A stretch of DNA of 64,000 nt from an uncultured Arcobacteraceae bacterium (GTDB lineage: Bacteria; Campylobacterota; Campylobacteria; Campylobacterales; Arcobacteraceae): the NCBI GenBank assembly GCA_964342525.1, contig CAYFGQ010000013.1:477-64476 (forward strand), read 5' to 3'. The translations under genes and the position numbers were made by a program. Shown here one piece after another: positions 1 through 8,994 of this stretch (positions are counted from its first letter, which is position 1; each line of letters starts with the position of its first letter). Under the pieces are notes generated by a model. That model made no database searches and was not told the origin of the DNA. It saw only the letters and a program-made list of their open reading frames with translations.

Positions 1-73
1 CAAGAATAACTGTACTTAAAACCTGAAGAAGCAACTTATTCCCAAAACTTGCTTTATTTGATTTATTTAACAT
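1..73 (-). CDS. 5' end (24 codons) of an unidentified gene that runs off the window
   Basis: The ATG (rc of 71-73) is preceded by an AAGGGGGA Shine-Dalgarno-like stretch. It reads MLNKSNKASFGNKLLLQVLSTVIL and stays open to the window edge. The hydrophobic stretch suggests a membrane anchor. Confidence 0.35.
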   Translation of the reverse strand, partial: MLNKSNKASFGNKLLLQVLSTVIL

Positions 74-204
74 AACATCCCCCTTATGTTCACAATTAGA
101 ATGTATATAATCTATTATATAAATAGTAACATAAAAGTGTCAGAAATGAGTCGGAAAAATTACAATTTGATTACAAAGTTTGAAAATTTATTATTATTTA
201 CACA

Positions 205-223
205 GCTGTCAGAGATTGACAGC
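205..223 (-). terminator. Hairpin just downstream of the 230..1069 gene
   Basis: GCTGTCA-GAGAT-TGACAGC forms a 7-bp stem 7 nt after the stop codon. There is no clear U-run. Confidence 0.4.
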
Positions 224-229
224 CATATA

Positions 230-1069
230 TTATTCTACAATTTGATGAAGTTTTGAGCAGTGTTCAAGGTGTACACCCATTCCACACATATCTTGTTCAA
301 TATCCCAAAATGAATGAACATGTGCATTATAGATATAGATAAAAATCTCATCCCCTTTTTCTAAGAAATGTTTTTTACCAAACTCTGCATATGCAGTTGC
401 CCCAGCAGCTATTAAAAGCCCTTTTGATTTTTCTATATCTTTTAAAAATGGAGTTAGCTCTTCTAATGGTCCACAATCCTCTTGATTGTTGAACTTTTCA
501 ACCATCCATGTTCTTAACTGCTCAAAAAAATAAGAGTATGAGTTTACAGCACTTGTAGTACCATAATCATGTACAATACCATCTCTTTTTACAAATGAGC
601 TAATATGATAATTATTAAGTATCCCATCTTTTGTGAAGTTATCTATCTCAATAAACTCATTTGAAATACCCTTAGTACTTTTACCCCAATTTTTTTTCGT
701 ACTAAGTTTTTTACCATTTTGAATTCTGTCTGATGTATCATTAAAAGCTGTAAACATTTTTGGAATAATATCTATCATCTTCCCATCTTCATATACAAAA
801 TCACATACCATACCAAGCTCTGCTTCAACTTGCATATGTTCTAAACCAGCATGGTTAATAGTATCATCACAAATTGGAAACTCAGCCAAAAAGCTATCGT
901 GTCCTGGTATATAAAAAGGGAAAAGCCCCTTAGGTGCATCTTTTGCCGATGATACCTGAGCAAATTCATCACCCTCTCCAGCTTCATCTAAGTGGTTTGC
1001 AAAGTTTCCTGCAACACCAAAACCTAAATAATCCTTTAAAAACTCTGGTGTATATAAATGTTTTTTCAT
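230..1069 (-). CDS. Fumarylacetoacetate hydrolase (FAH) family-like protein
   Basis: 279-aa ORF. The motif ..VEAELGMVCDF.. followed by ..AFNDTSDRIQNGKK.. resembles the FAH-family E-x-E-L...N-D-x-S-x-R-x-x-Q pattern. The assignment is by eye only. Confidence 0.5.
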   Translation of the reverse strand: MKKHLYTPEFLKDYLGFGVAGNFANHLDEAGEGDEFAQVSSAKDAPKGLFPFYIPGHDSFLAEFPICDDTINHAGLEHMQVEAELGMVCDFVYEDGKMIDIIPKMFTAFNDTSDRIQNGKKLSTKKNWGKSTKGISNEFIEIDNFTKDGILNNYHISSFVKRDGIVHDYGTTSAVNSYSYFFEQLRTWMVEKFNNQEDCGPLEELTPFLKDIEKSKGLLIAAGATAYAEFGKKHFLEKGDEIFIYIYNAHVHSFWDIEQDMCGMGVHLEHCSKLHQIVE

Positions 1070-1247
1070 AATTTTTTCCTAATTAAAATATTTTTCTTTT
1101 TTATACAAATAGTATATAAATAATATAAGTGCTTTTTAGCACAACAATTGTTGACAATAAGTTTTTTAAAAGTGATTGTTTATAAGTGATTATCTAAAGA
1201 TGAAAGGATATTATCGGGGGAAAAACAAGGGCTTAAAGCCCTATGTT

Positions 1248-1361
1248 CTATGTATTAATACTTCCTTTTTCATGGATAGATTCACTACAATCATAGACGA
1301 CCACACAGACACTATCAGTGAGTAGTGAGAGGACGAGCTGTTTTGCAAAAACCTTATCCAT
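1248..1361 (-). CDS. Candidate small ORF (37 aa), below the ORF-track cutoff
   Basis: AGGAG lies 7 nt upstream of the ATG. It translates as MDKVFAKQLVLSLLTDSVCVVVYDCSESIHEKGSINT*. The segment is locally GC-richer than its surroundings, and the short hairpin GGGCTTAAAGCCC (1229-1241) follows. Confidence 0.3.
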   Translation of the reverse strand: MDKVFAKQLVLSLLTDSVCVVVYDCSESIHEKGSINT

Positions 1362-1401
1362 AAATTTTCTCCTAGTATTAATTCGCTCTAAATTCTACTT
1401 A

Positions 1402-2385
1402 TTAAGCAAAAAATCTTGTGTTTACTTCGTCCATTAGTTTAGCACCAGAGAAGTGTGCTCTTTGTACTAATTCCCAGAAGTATCTATAAGTAGCTCTATC
1501 GTGTAACTCACCATCGTATTGGATTGGTCCCCACTCAGCATCTTGTGCTAATAATAAAATGTTTTGTGCAGCTTCAAGCTCTGTGAAGTCTGGTTTCATA
1601 GCATCAACGATTGCTTGTACTTGTGTTGGGTAAATTGACCACATTCTCATAAATCCAAACTCGTTTCTTGCTCTCTCAGCATCTTTATATGTTTGGTATG
1701 GGTTTTTAAGATCAAGTGTTACGTTGTGCGCTGGGATAACATGATTTTGGATAGCAGCTTGAGCAACTTTTGCTTTAGCAGCACCAATTAATCTGTGATC
1801 AAATTGACCTGGAGATCTCATATTGATCGCTGGGATAGCACCTTGGTAACCAGATACAAAGTCCATTAGACCAAAATCTAAAACTTGTAGCCATGGTAAT
1901 GTAGCAGTTTTCTCTACATCTTGTAATGCACCATGAGTTTCAATTAAGATGTGAATTGGAATCTCTCTTGTGATACCAGCTTCTTTAGCAACTTTTTGAA
2001 TATACTCAATTTGCATTTTTGCATCTTCGTAACAAGTTGATTTTGGTAATGTGATATAAGCAAGTTTTTCACCAGCACCTGGTACTAGAATATCAACATC
2101 TTGTCTCCAATCTGGGTGCGAAGCATCGTGGATTCTTGTTCCAGCCATTGCATATGGGTTAGCATCAGAGTTAACAACTCTTACGATCATCTCAGCGTGC
2201 TCAACCTCTTTACCAGTCTCAGCTCCATCTTCACAATCACAAGTGATATCAAAAACAGGTCCAAGTTTTTCTTGCATTTGGAAACCTTTAAGGATTAGCT
2301 TTTCGCTACCTGCAAAGTGTTCACAAGTTGGGATAATTGGTAAAGATTTACCAGATTCAAATAGTGCTTCATTTGGATGTGTCAT
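1402..2385 (-). CDS. HpcH/HpaI aldolase / citrate lyase beta (CitE)-like acyl-CoA lyase
   Basis: 327 aa. The N-terminal acidic motif ..FDITCDCEDGAE.. is typical of malyl-CoA/citramalyl-CoA lyase-type TIM barrels. It lies in an operon with the hydratase and ligase genes. Confidence 0.65.
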   Translation of the reverse strand: MTHPNEALFESGKSLPIIPTCEHFAGSEKLILKGFQMQEKLGPVFDITCDCEDGAETGKEVEHAEMIVRVVNSDANPYAMAGTRIHDASHPDWRQDVDILVPGAGEKLAYITLPKSTCYEDAKMQIEYIQKVAKEAGITREIPIHILIETHGALQDVEKTATLPWLQVLDFGLMDFVSGYQGAIPAINMRSPGQFDHRLIGAAKAKVAQAAIQNHVIPAHNVTLDLKNPYQTYKDAERARNEFGFMRMWSIYPTQVQAIVDAMKPDFTELEAAQNILLLAQDAEWGPIQYDGELHDRATYRYFWELVQRAHFSGAKLMDEVNTRFFA

Positions 2386-2447
2386 TATTATTTCCTTTAT
2401 TTAAATTTTGTTTTTTCTTTTATCAGCAGAGCAAAAAATTGCTCTTA

Positions 2448-3500
2448 CTATTTCTTCTTTGGGATTACAACTGTGTAATCTAAATCTAAAACAACGTTTG
2501 GTAAATATTTACCATCTTCACCCTTAGGTGATTCAACGTCTACTGCCTTCATATTTTTAAGACCTACAGTTCTAAGTCTTAATAGTCCAATGTCATCTCT
2601 ATTTGCTACATCTATCTTCTCTACTATTTCAGTATAAGCATAGATTGTATCCCCTGCAAATGTTGGATTAGCATGAGCTCCAGCATTTATAGAATATAAC
2701 CATTGTGCATTTTGTAATCCATTGAATGAATTACTTCTTGCTATTGAGATTACATGTCCCCCATACATTAATCTCTCACCCATTGGTCCAGCTTTCATCA
2801 TAAAGTCATCAAAATGCACTTTTGCATTGTTTTGATAAAGCTTAGTAGCCAATGTGTGGTCACTATCATCAATAGTGATACCTTCTGGATGATTAAGTCT
2901 TTCCCCTACTTCATAATCATCAAAGAAGTAAACACCACCAGTAGCATCTGTATCGATGTTCCCCTGTACTGGAATGTTTATATTTTCGCTTACTTCTAAA
3001 GTTTTAGCGAATGTTGGAACATCATTAGTTCCAAGCTTAGTTGTTTTATCTTTTTTGTGTACCATAACCCATCTTTTTAGGTTAAGTACTTCTTTTTCAT
3101 CTTGGTTATATCCGATAGAGTGAACATATACAACTCCACTCTTACCGTTTGAGTTTTCTTTTAGACCGATTACTTCAGTCTCAAGCCTAACTGTATCCCC
3201 CACAAATACAGGATTAGGGAAAGAAACCTCTGCATAACCAAGGTTTGCAATTGCGTTTAGAGATATATCTTGAACTGATTTACCAAATGTTAGGTGAAAC
3301 ATTAATAGATCATCAAGTGGTTTTTTCTCATAACCCATCTCTTGTGCTAATAGATCAGATGAGTGTAGAGCAAATCTACTTCCAGTCAAGGCGATGTAAA
3401 AAGATACATCACCATCTGTAATTGTTCTTGGAAGTGGATGTTTTATTTTTTGTCCGATTGTGAAATCTTCGAAAAAGTTTCCTAAATTAATTTTAGACAT
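2448..3500 (-). CDS. Double-hotdog MaoC-family enoyl-CoA hydratase (mesaconyl-CoA/itaconyl-CoA hydratase-like)
   Basis: 350 aa, the size expected for a two-MaoC-domain hydratase. The N-terminus FEDFTIGQKIKHPLPRTITDGDVSFYIALTG is typical of this family. Confidence 0.7.
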   Translation of the reverse strand: MSKINLGNFFEDFTIGQKIKHPLPRTITDGDVSFYIALTGSRFALHSSDLLAQEMGYEKKPLDDLLMFHLTFGKSVQDISLNAIANLGYAEVSFPNPVFVGDTVRLETEVIGLKENSNGKSGVVYVHSIGYNQDEKEVLNLKRWVMVHKKDKTTKLGTNDVPTFAKTLEVSENINIPVQGNIDTDATGGVYFFDDYEVGERLNHPEGITIDDSDHTLATKLYQNNAKVHFDDFMMKAGPMGERLMYGGHVISIARSNSFNGLQNAQWLYSINAGAHANPTFAGDTIYAYTEIVEKIDVANRDDIGLLRLRTVGLKNMKAVDVESPKGEDGKYLPNVVLDLDYTVVIPKKK

Positions 3501-3510
3501 TTATCTTTCC

Positions 3511-6024
3511 TTACTTACCAAATAGGTTTTGACCTAATGATTTATATTTTTCATATAACGAAATCATTTTCTTCGCCCAAAGGATTCTATATCTATCGAT
3601 TAGTTTTCCGTTGTATTGAATAACCTCTTTACCATCTTTTTCAGCTTCTTCGTATAGAGAGATCATCTCTTCATACTCTTGAACCTCTTTTTGTTTTGGT
3701 GTAAAGATATCATTGATATACTCTACTTGGATTGGGTGGATAAGTGCCTTACCATCAAATCCGATATTAAATGCATCTTTTGTTGAATCTTCACAAGCAA
3801 ACTCATCATGTACATCATAGTGTGGTCCATCAATTACTGTCTTACCATATGCTTTAGCAGATAAGGCAATTCTTGCTAGGTAGTTAAACATAGCTTTTGA
3901 ACCTTTTTTGATATCAATTTGAAGTCTATTTGCAAGATTGTTTGATCCTACAACGATAACTTCAGTTCTTTTTGATGTTGCACAAATATCTGGTGAATTT
4001 AAGATAGCTAATGGTGTCTCTATCATAACCATCATAGCTACTTCAGGAAATTGCTCCATCGCTTTCTCAGCTTCAAGTACTTGCTCTTTTGTCTCAATCA
4101 TAGAGAAAAGAACCGCATCTACTTCAATCTCTTTTATAAATTCCATATCTTTAGCAAATTCTTCAGTTCCAACTGGATTTACTCTAATAACTCTCTCAGA
4201 TGCTCCAAATGTTGGACTCTCAGCATATACTTCTTTTAAGGTTTCTCTTGCAGTCTCTTTTTGCTCTGCTAAGATAGCTTCAATATCAAATACAACCGAA
4301 TCAGCTAATACAGATCTTGATCTCTCAACATACTTTTTATTGTATCCTGGAACAAATAACATAGATCTTCTTGCTTTATACTCAACAATCTCTTCACCAG
4401 ATTCTCTTGAATGGTATTGATCATGTAAGTTTTTAACAAGTTGTTTTCTAAGAACTTTACCATTTTTAGTTCTTGGGTAATCAGCCATTCCAAAGATAAA
4501 CTTAGGAGCTTTATATTTAGCTAAATTATCTTGAGCAAATTTTAAAATCTCTGCTTCTTTTTCTTCACTTAGAGCTTCATATCCAATTACAGCGATTGCT
4601 ACAAGTGTTTTACCTTTATCTATATCTAGTCCAAAAGCAACACAATCAGCTACATCATTATGAGTTTTTACAACTCTTTCGATCTCATGTGGAGATACTC
4701 TGAATCCCATAGTATTGATGATATCATCTTTTCTACCGATAAACCAGATATAACCATCGCTATCTCTTTTTGCATAGTCACCAGTAAAGAAGTAACCATC
4801 ATGTCTAGCTTTAGCTGTCTCTTCCTCTAGTTGCCAATACTCTAAGAATAGTCCTGGATCATCTTCACCGATACAAATCATACCCTCTTCTTCTAATCCA
4901 ACCTCTTCTAAAGTTTCAGGATTTAAAAGCTTAACAGTGTGTCCTGGTTGAACAAATCCAGCAGACCCTGGTCTAATTGGGTTGTTCTTAGAGTGTGAAA
5001 TATAGTATGAACACTCAGACATTCCAATAGCTTCAAAGATATCTTGTTTAAATCTATCTCTCCATAATCCAATCATCTCATCAGATAAATGTTCACCAGC
5101 AGACATACAATATCTTAATGAAGGACAATCTTCAATTGTAAATTCTGTCTTTTGAACAATCTGTCTGTAGATTGTAGGTACACCAATGAAGATAGTACAG
5201 TTATGCTTCTTAATTAGATCCACCCATGTTCCAGCGTCATTTCCACCCTCATAAGCGATTACTGTGTGACCATTGTATAATGGATCCATAAGTGCTGATC
5301 CAAGTACATATGTCCAGTTAAATTTACCAGAGTGCATGATTCTATCATTCTCTTGGAAATCAAACCAATACTCTGTAGCAGGTGTTCTACCTACAAGTGA
5401 TCTATGTGAGTGAAGTACACCTTTTGGATAACCAGTTGTTCCTGATGTATATACAAGGTATGCTGGCTCACCAGACTTTGACTTATAGTGGTTTGGTGTA
5501 GTATCTGTATCTCTTAAAATATCATTTAAAGCATATACATTGATACCTTTTGGCTTCTCAAATCCCTCTACAGAATCACAAGCTGCTACGATAATTGTTT
5601 TTAAGTTATCTACATTTTCTAAATATGGAACTAGGTTCTCATACATAGTTGCAGACATTACAATTGCAGATGCTTGAGAATCTTCTGCAAGATACTTAAC
5701 TTCTGATCCACTTAAAAGTGTTGAAGTTGGTACTGCAATAATACCCGCTTTGATCGCACCAAAAAATGAAATAGGATAAGCTAATGAGTTTTTTAAACAA
5801 ACTAGTACTCTATCTCTTGCACCAATCCCAATACTTCCTAGAAAGTTTGCAACTTGGTCAGACTTTGTTGCTAAATCTTTATAAGTAATCTCATCAGTCC
5901 CTAGCTTATCATCTTCGATGATCATAGCTGTACTGTTTTCTTTTGCAGTTCCAACATGAGCACTTGTACAAGCAACTCCAATGTTTAAGAATTCTGGGAT
6001 TTCAATTTCAATTGTTGAACTCAT
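3511..6024 (-). CDS. Fusion protein: AMP-forming acyl-CoA ligase (N-terminal ~545 aa) + CitE/HpcH-like lyase domain (C-terminal ~290 aa)
   Basis: The AMP-binding signature YTSGTTGYPKGV, YFFTGDY and the terminal ..PRTKNGKVLRK mark the ligase part. The reading frame then continues without a stop into RRSMLFVPGYNKKY...VVFDIEA...IALIHP, which resembles a CitE/HpcH barrel. Confidence 0.8.
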   Translation of the reverse strand: MSSTIEIEIPEFLNIGVACTSAHVGTAKENSTAMIIEDDKLGTDEITYKDLATKSDQVANFLGSIGIGARDRVLVCLKNSLAYPISFFGAIKAGIIAVPTSTLLSGSEVKYLAEDSQASAIVMSATMYENLVPYLENVDNLKTIIVAACDSVEGFEKPKGINVYALNDILRDTDTTPNHYKSKSGEPAYLVYTSGTTGYPKGVLHSHRSLVGRTPATEYWFDFQENDRIMHSGKFNWTYVLGSALMDPLYNGHTVIAYEGGNDAGTWVDLIKKHNCTIFIGVPTIYRQIVQKTEFTIEDCPSLRYCMSAGEHLSDEMIGLWRDRFKQDIFEAIGMSECSYYISHSKNNPIRPGSAGFVQPGHTVKLLNPETLEEVGLEEEGMICIGEDDPGLFLEYWQLEEETAKARHDGYFFTGDYAKRDSDGYIWFIGRKDDIINTMGFRVSPHEIERVVKTHNDVADCVAFGLDIDKGKTLVAIAVIGYEALSEEKEAEILKFAQDNLAKYKAPKFIFGMADYPRTKNGKVLRKQLVKNLHDQYHSRESGEEIVEYKARRSMLFVPGYNKKYVERSRSVLADSVVFDIEAILAEQKETARETLKEVYAESPTFGASERVIRVNPVGTEEFAKDMEFIKEIEVDAVLFSMIETKEQVLEAEKAMEQFPEVAMMVMIETPLAILNSPDICATSKRTEVIVVGSNNLANRLQIDIKKGSKAMFNYLARIALSAKAYGKTVIDGPHYDVHDEFACEDSTKDAFNIGFDGKALIHPIQVEYINDIFTPKQKEVQEYEEMISLYEEAEKDGKEVIQYNGKLIDRYRILWAKKMISLYEKYKSLGQNLFGK

Positions 6025-6036
6025 CTTTTCTCCTTA

Positions 6037-7170
6037 CTATATACGACCAAATGGCCAGTTCTCTTTAAATGTATGAAGTGGCATTTTGTTTAGTACTTTT
6101 AGTGCAAACGCTTGCTCTTCTTTACCTAAATTCTTAAGTGCATATGCTCTTAAAATATTTTGTAATGATTTACCAAACATTGGTGGATCTAACATCTCAC
6201 CCTCATATCTAATTGCACCAGATAATAATGCATCAGTTTCAATTGCTGCTTTTAAGATATCAATATCTCTTGCAATCTCATTTGGTGATGGTGTAAATGC
6301 AACCTTACATACATTGATGTGATTTGGTGTAATTACCTGCTTACCTGTAAGACCCATTGCTGTTTCTCTCTTAGCATGAGCATATACATGTCTAGAAGCA
6401 TCATCACCATGTAAATCTAACCATCTTCTAATATCTTTTTTCTCTACACATGAATCAGGTAATGAATTTGGTGTAAGTAATACTTCAACCCCACCAATAA
6501 CACCTTTACCATTTACTCTTGCTTCCATAGTAAGAATATTAAAGAATGTCTCTAATTCATCTATCCACCCCTCTGGAGTAATTTTATACGCCATAGCTTT
6601 AGAGAAATCGTGGATACCAAATACTAAGTGATTTACTGTTGAAAACTGCATTAATCTATCAGCAATCTTTAGTGACTTTGGATGCTCTATAATTGGTTGA
6701 ATCTCTAAATCTGCTCCAATTGAAACTAACCATGAAGATAAGTCTCTAATCTCAGCTGATCCATAAACCTCACCTGCTTTTGCTAAAACGATCGCATCAA
6801 CATATTGATGAACTTGTCTTAACATTTTTAAATCTTCTTCATACTCTTCAGTTCTGAATGGATTTATTCTAAGAGCAATTTGAAAGTCTCTCTCTGGAAA
6901 CTTTGGTAACTCTTGGATTAAAAGTTCTCTTGACATAGCTTTTTGTCTACAACCATCTTCTAAGTCAAAAAGTACTGTGTGTGCTTTTGTCTTATAAGCA
7001 TGTTTTTGAAGTCTAAGCTTAGCTTGATCCATACTTTCATATGTTCCATCTAATGGATTGAACTTAATTGGTGGGTAATAAATTTGAATCCCTGGCCAAT
7101 GTCCACCAAGTACTGGTGTCAAATCATCGTTTTCTGTTAACGTTGATAAATCTGTAATTATTGATGACAT
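6037..7170 (-). CDS. HpcH/HpaI aldolase / CitE-like acyl-CoA lyase (first gene of the operon)
   Basis: 377 aa with the motif HTVLFDLEDGC. It sits 12 nt upstream of the fusion gene on the same strand. Confidence 0.65.
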   Translation of the reverse strand: MSSIITDLSTLTENDDLTPVLGGHWPGIQIYYPPIKFNPLDGTYESMDQAKLRLQKHAYKTKAHTVLFDLEDGCRQKAMSRELLIQELPKFPERDFQIALRINPFRTEEYEEDLKMLRQVHQYVDAIVLAKAGEVYGSAEIRDLSSWLVSIGADLEIQPIIEHPKSLKIADRLMQFSTVNHLVFGIHDFSKAMAYKITPEGWIDELETFFNILTMEARVNGKGVIGGVEVLLTPNSLPDSCVEKKDIRRWLDLHGDDASRHVYAHAKRETAMGLTGKQVITPNHINVCKVAFTPSPNEIARDIDILKAAIETDALLSGAIRYEGEMLDPPMFGKSLQNILRAYALKNLGKEEQAFALKVLNKMPLHTFKENWPFGRI

Positions 7171-7400
7171 TTTTTTACCTTTTCTTTTTTAATTTTCTTC
7201 AAAACTAAGGTGGATCCTCACCGAAAATTTCTATAGATTTAAATGGGTATTTTAAATCAGATAGGGAATTTAAACATAGGTTTTTTTAAAGTTTTCCGAG
7301 GTTTTTTGACCTAATTTTTTTTTTAAGTTTAGATTTATAATCTCTGTATGAACGATTTTTTCGGAGTTGAATCAAGTTTTAAAACTTTTTGTTTTATAAT

Positions 7401-7439
7401 ATGAAACTCAAATTTCATTTTATTTCATATAGTGAAATT
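7401..7439. promoter_or_regulatory. Candidate operator: two adjacent TGAAA/TTTCA inverted repeats in the divergent promoter region
   Basis: The two palindromes are ATGAAA-N6-TTTCAT (7401-7418) and ATTTCA-TATAG-TGAAAT (7423-7439). They lie between the lyase operon start (7170) and the IclR gene. Confidence 0.3.
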
Positions 7440-7465
7440 TTATTTTTCAAATTTCTCACAAAATT

Positions 7466-8233
7466 TTGAAAAAAATTTTTTTATTTGGAGTTTTTTTGTC
7501 TGTATCACATAATAAATCTCTTTTAAAAGGTCTTCAAGTTTTAAAAGAAGTGATGAATTCTACTGAACCAATCAATGCAAATACACTATGCGCTAGACTT
7601 GATATAGATAAGAGTACAATGTCTAGATTGATCACTACTTTAATGAGCGAAGAATTTATAAAATATGTGGATAATACTAAAGAGATAGTTTATGCAGATG
7701 TAATGGGAAATCTATCAAAGAAAAATAGACAAGAACTTATAGTAAAACATACTGAGAATATTTTAAATGAAGTATTCAGCCTTACAAATGAGTGTGCATA
7801 TATGACAGTATATGATGAAGAGATGTCTTTAAATCTAAATCAAATAGATAATTCAAATAGAGTTTTAAAAAATAGAAACACTATAGGGTCACATACACCA
7901 CTTCATTTAAGTGCTATGGGAAAAGTTATCCTAGCTTATACAGATATAGATGTAACTACTCTAAACCTTGAAGCATTTACTTCAAAAACAATCACTCAGA
8001 TAAAAAGACTAAGATTTGAGCTAGCAAAAATTCAAGATCAAGGTTTTGCTATTGCTGATGAAGAATTTGAATATGGACTTAGATCTTTAGCTATTCCATA
8101 CTATAGTAAAAATGGAGAATTTATTGGTGCTATAGGGATATCTGGACTTGCAAATAGATTACCAATTGAAAAAATGGAAGAATATGCTGAACAAATGGTA
8201 AAAATAGCTTCTAAAAACCTTATCTCGTTTTAA
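7466..8233 (+). CDS. IclR-family transcriptional regulator
   Basis: It has an N-terminal wHTH (..SLLKGLQVLKEV..ANTLCARLDIDKSTMSRLITTL..) and a C-terminal effector domain (..GLRSLAIPYY..GAIGISG..). The true start may be the TTG at 7496, which has GGAG 5 nt upstream. Confidence 0.8.
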   Translation: MKKIFLFGVFLSVSHNKSLLKGLQVLKEVMNSTEPINANTLCARLDIDKSTMSRLITTLMSEEFIKYVDNTKEIVYADVMGNLSKKNRQELIVKHTENILNEVFSLTNECAYMTVYDEEMSLNLNQIDNSNRVLKNRNTIGSHTPLHLSAMGKVILAYTDIDVTTLNLEAFTSKTITQIKRLRFELAKIQDQGFAIADEEFEYGLRSLAIPYYSKNGEFIGAIGISGLANRLPIEKMEEYAEQMVKIASKNLISF

Positions 8234-8274
8234 TATCAACTCTCTTTTAGATTTACTTTTATAAAATTCGAACT

Positions 8275-8982
8275 ATGAAAGAAAAAATATATATGTTTCC
8301 AGGCTTTATGTGTGATAAAAGGCTTTGGAGTAAAATAATACCACTATTAGAAAATGACTATGAGATTGTTCACATACCTTTGCCACTAAGTAGCTGTTTT
8401 GAAGAGATAAATCAAATACTAGATGAAAAACTGCCAAAAGAGCCTATAAATGTATTAGGATTCTCTTTAGGTGGATATGTATGTTCATACTTTGCTATAA
8501 AACACCCTGAACGTGTTAAAAAAATCTTTATGGTTTCATCAACTGCTGGTAAACCAAATGAAAAAGAAGATAAAAGAAGAGCAGAAAAAATACAGAAAAT
8601 GTTAGACTTTGGTTTTGAAGAGTTATCCTATGAAAAATCAAAATCACTTTTAGAAGAGCAAAATCAAAATGATGAAGAGATGATAAAAGTACTACAAGAT
8701 ATGTTTAACGATCTTGGATATGATCACTTTATAACTCACCTACAATCTACACTACATAGAAAACATTTAATAAATGAGATGAGTGATCTAAAAATACCTA
8801 TCCATTTTTTCTATAGTACAGAAGATAGACTATTAAACCATCCATTTATGAAAGAGATAAGTGAAAGAAAGCTAAATCATGTAACAATCAACTCAAGAGT
8901 AGGAACAAGCCATAATGTCCCTTTAGAAGATCCAATAAATCTAGTAAAACATATAAAAGAGTGGATGGATACAAATCCATAA
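8275..8982 (+). CDS. Alpha/beta-fold hydrolase
   Basis: The nucleophile elbow GFSLGG is present, and the length (235 aa) and C-terminal His region (GTSHNVPLE) fit the fold. Confidence 0.7.
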   Translation: MKEKIYMFPGFMCDKRLWSKIIPLLENDYEIVHIPLPLSSCFEEINQILDEKLPKEPINVLGFSLGGYVCSYFAIKHPERVKKIFMVSSTAGKPNEKEDKRRAEKIQKMLDFGFEELSYEKSKSLLEEQNQNDEEMIKVLQDMFNDLGYDHFITHLQSTLHRKHLINEMSDLKIPIHFFYSTEDRLLNHPFMKEISERKLNHVTINSRVGTSHNVPLEDPINLVKHIKEWMDTNP

Positions 8983-8994
8983 ACTCTTTTATAT

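Noticed and set aside
3938-4420. 160-aa plus-strand ORF (and the smaller 4051..4239 and 4305..4493 ORFs) inside the ligase::lyase fusion gene
   Set aside because: These lie inside the well-supported 837-aa fusion gene, antisense to it or (4305..4493) in an alternative frame. The translations are low-complexity Ser/Ile/Phe-rich sequence typical of shadow ORFs in AT-rich DNA. No SD and no recognisable motif.
7315-7324. T10 homopolymer in the lyase-operon/IclR intergenic region as a phase-variation tract
   Set aside because: A/T runs of this length are common in DNA with under 30% GC. It is not within a coding region or at an obvious -10/-35 spacer, so there is no support for slippage-based switching.
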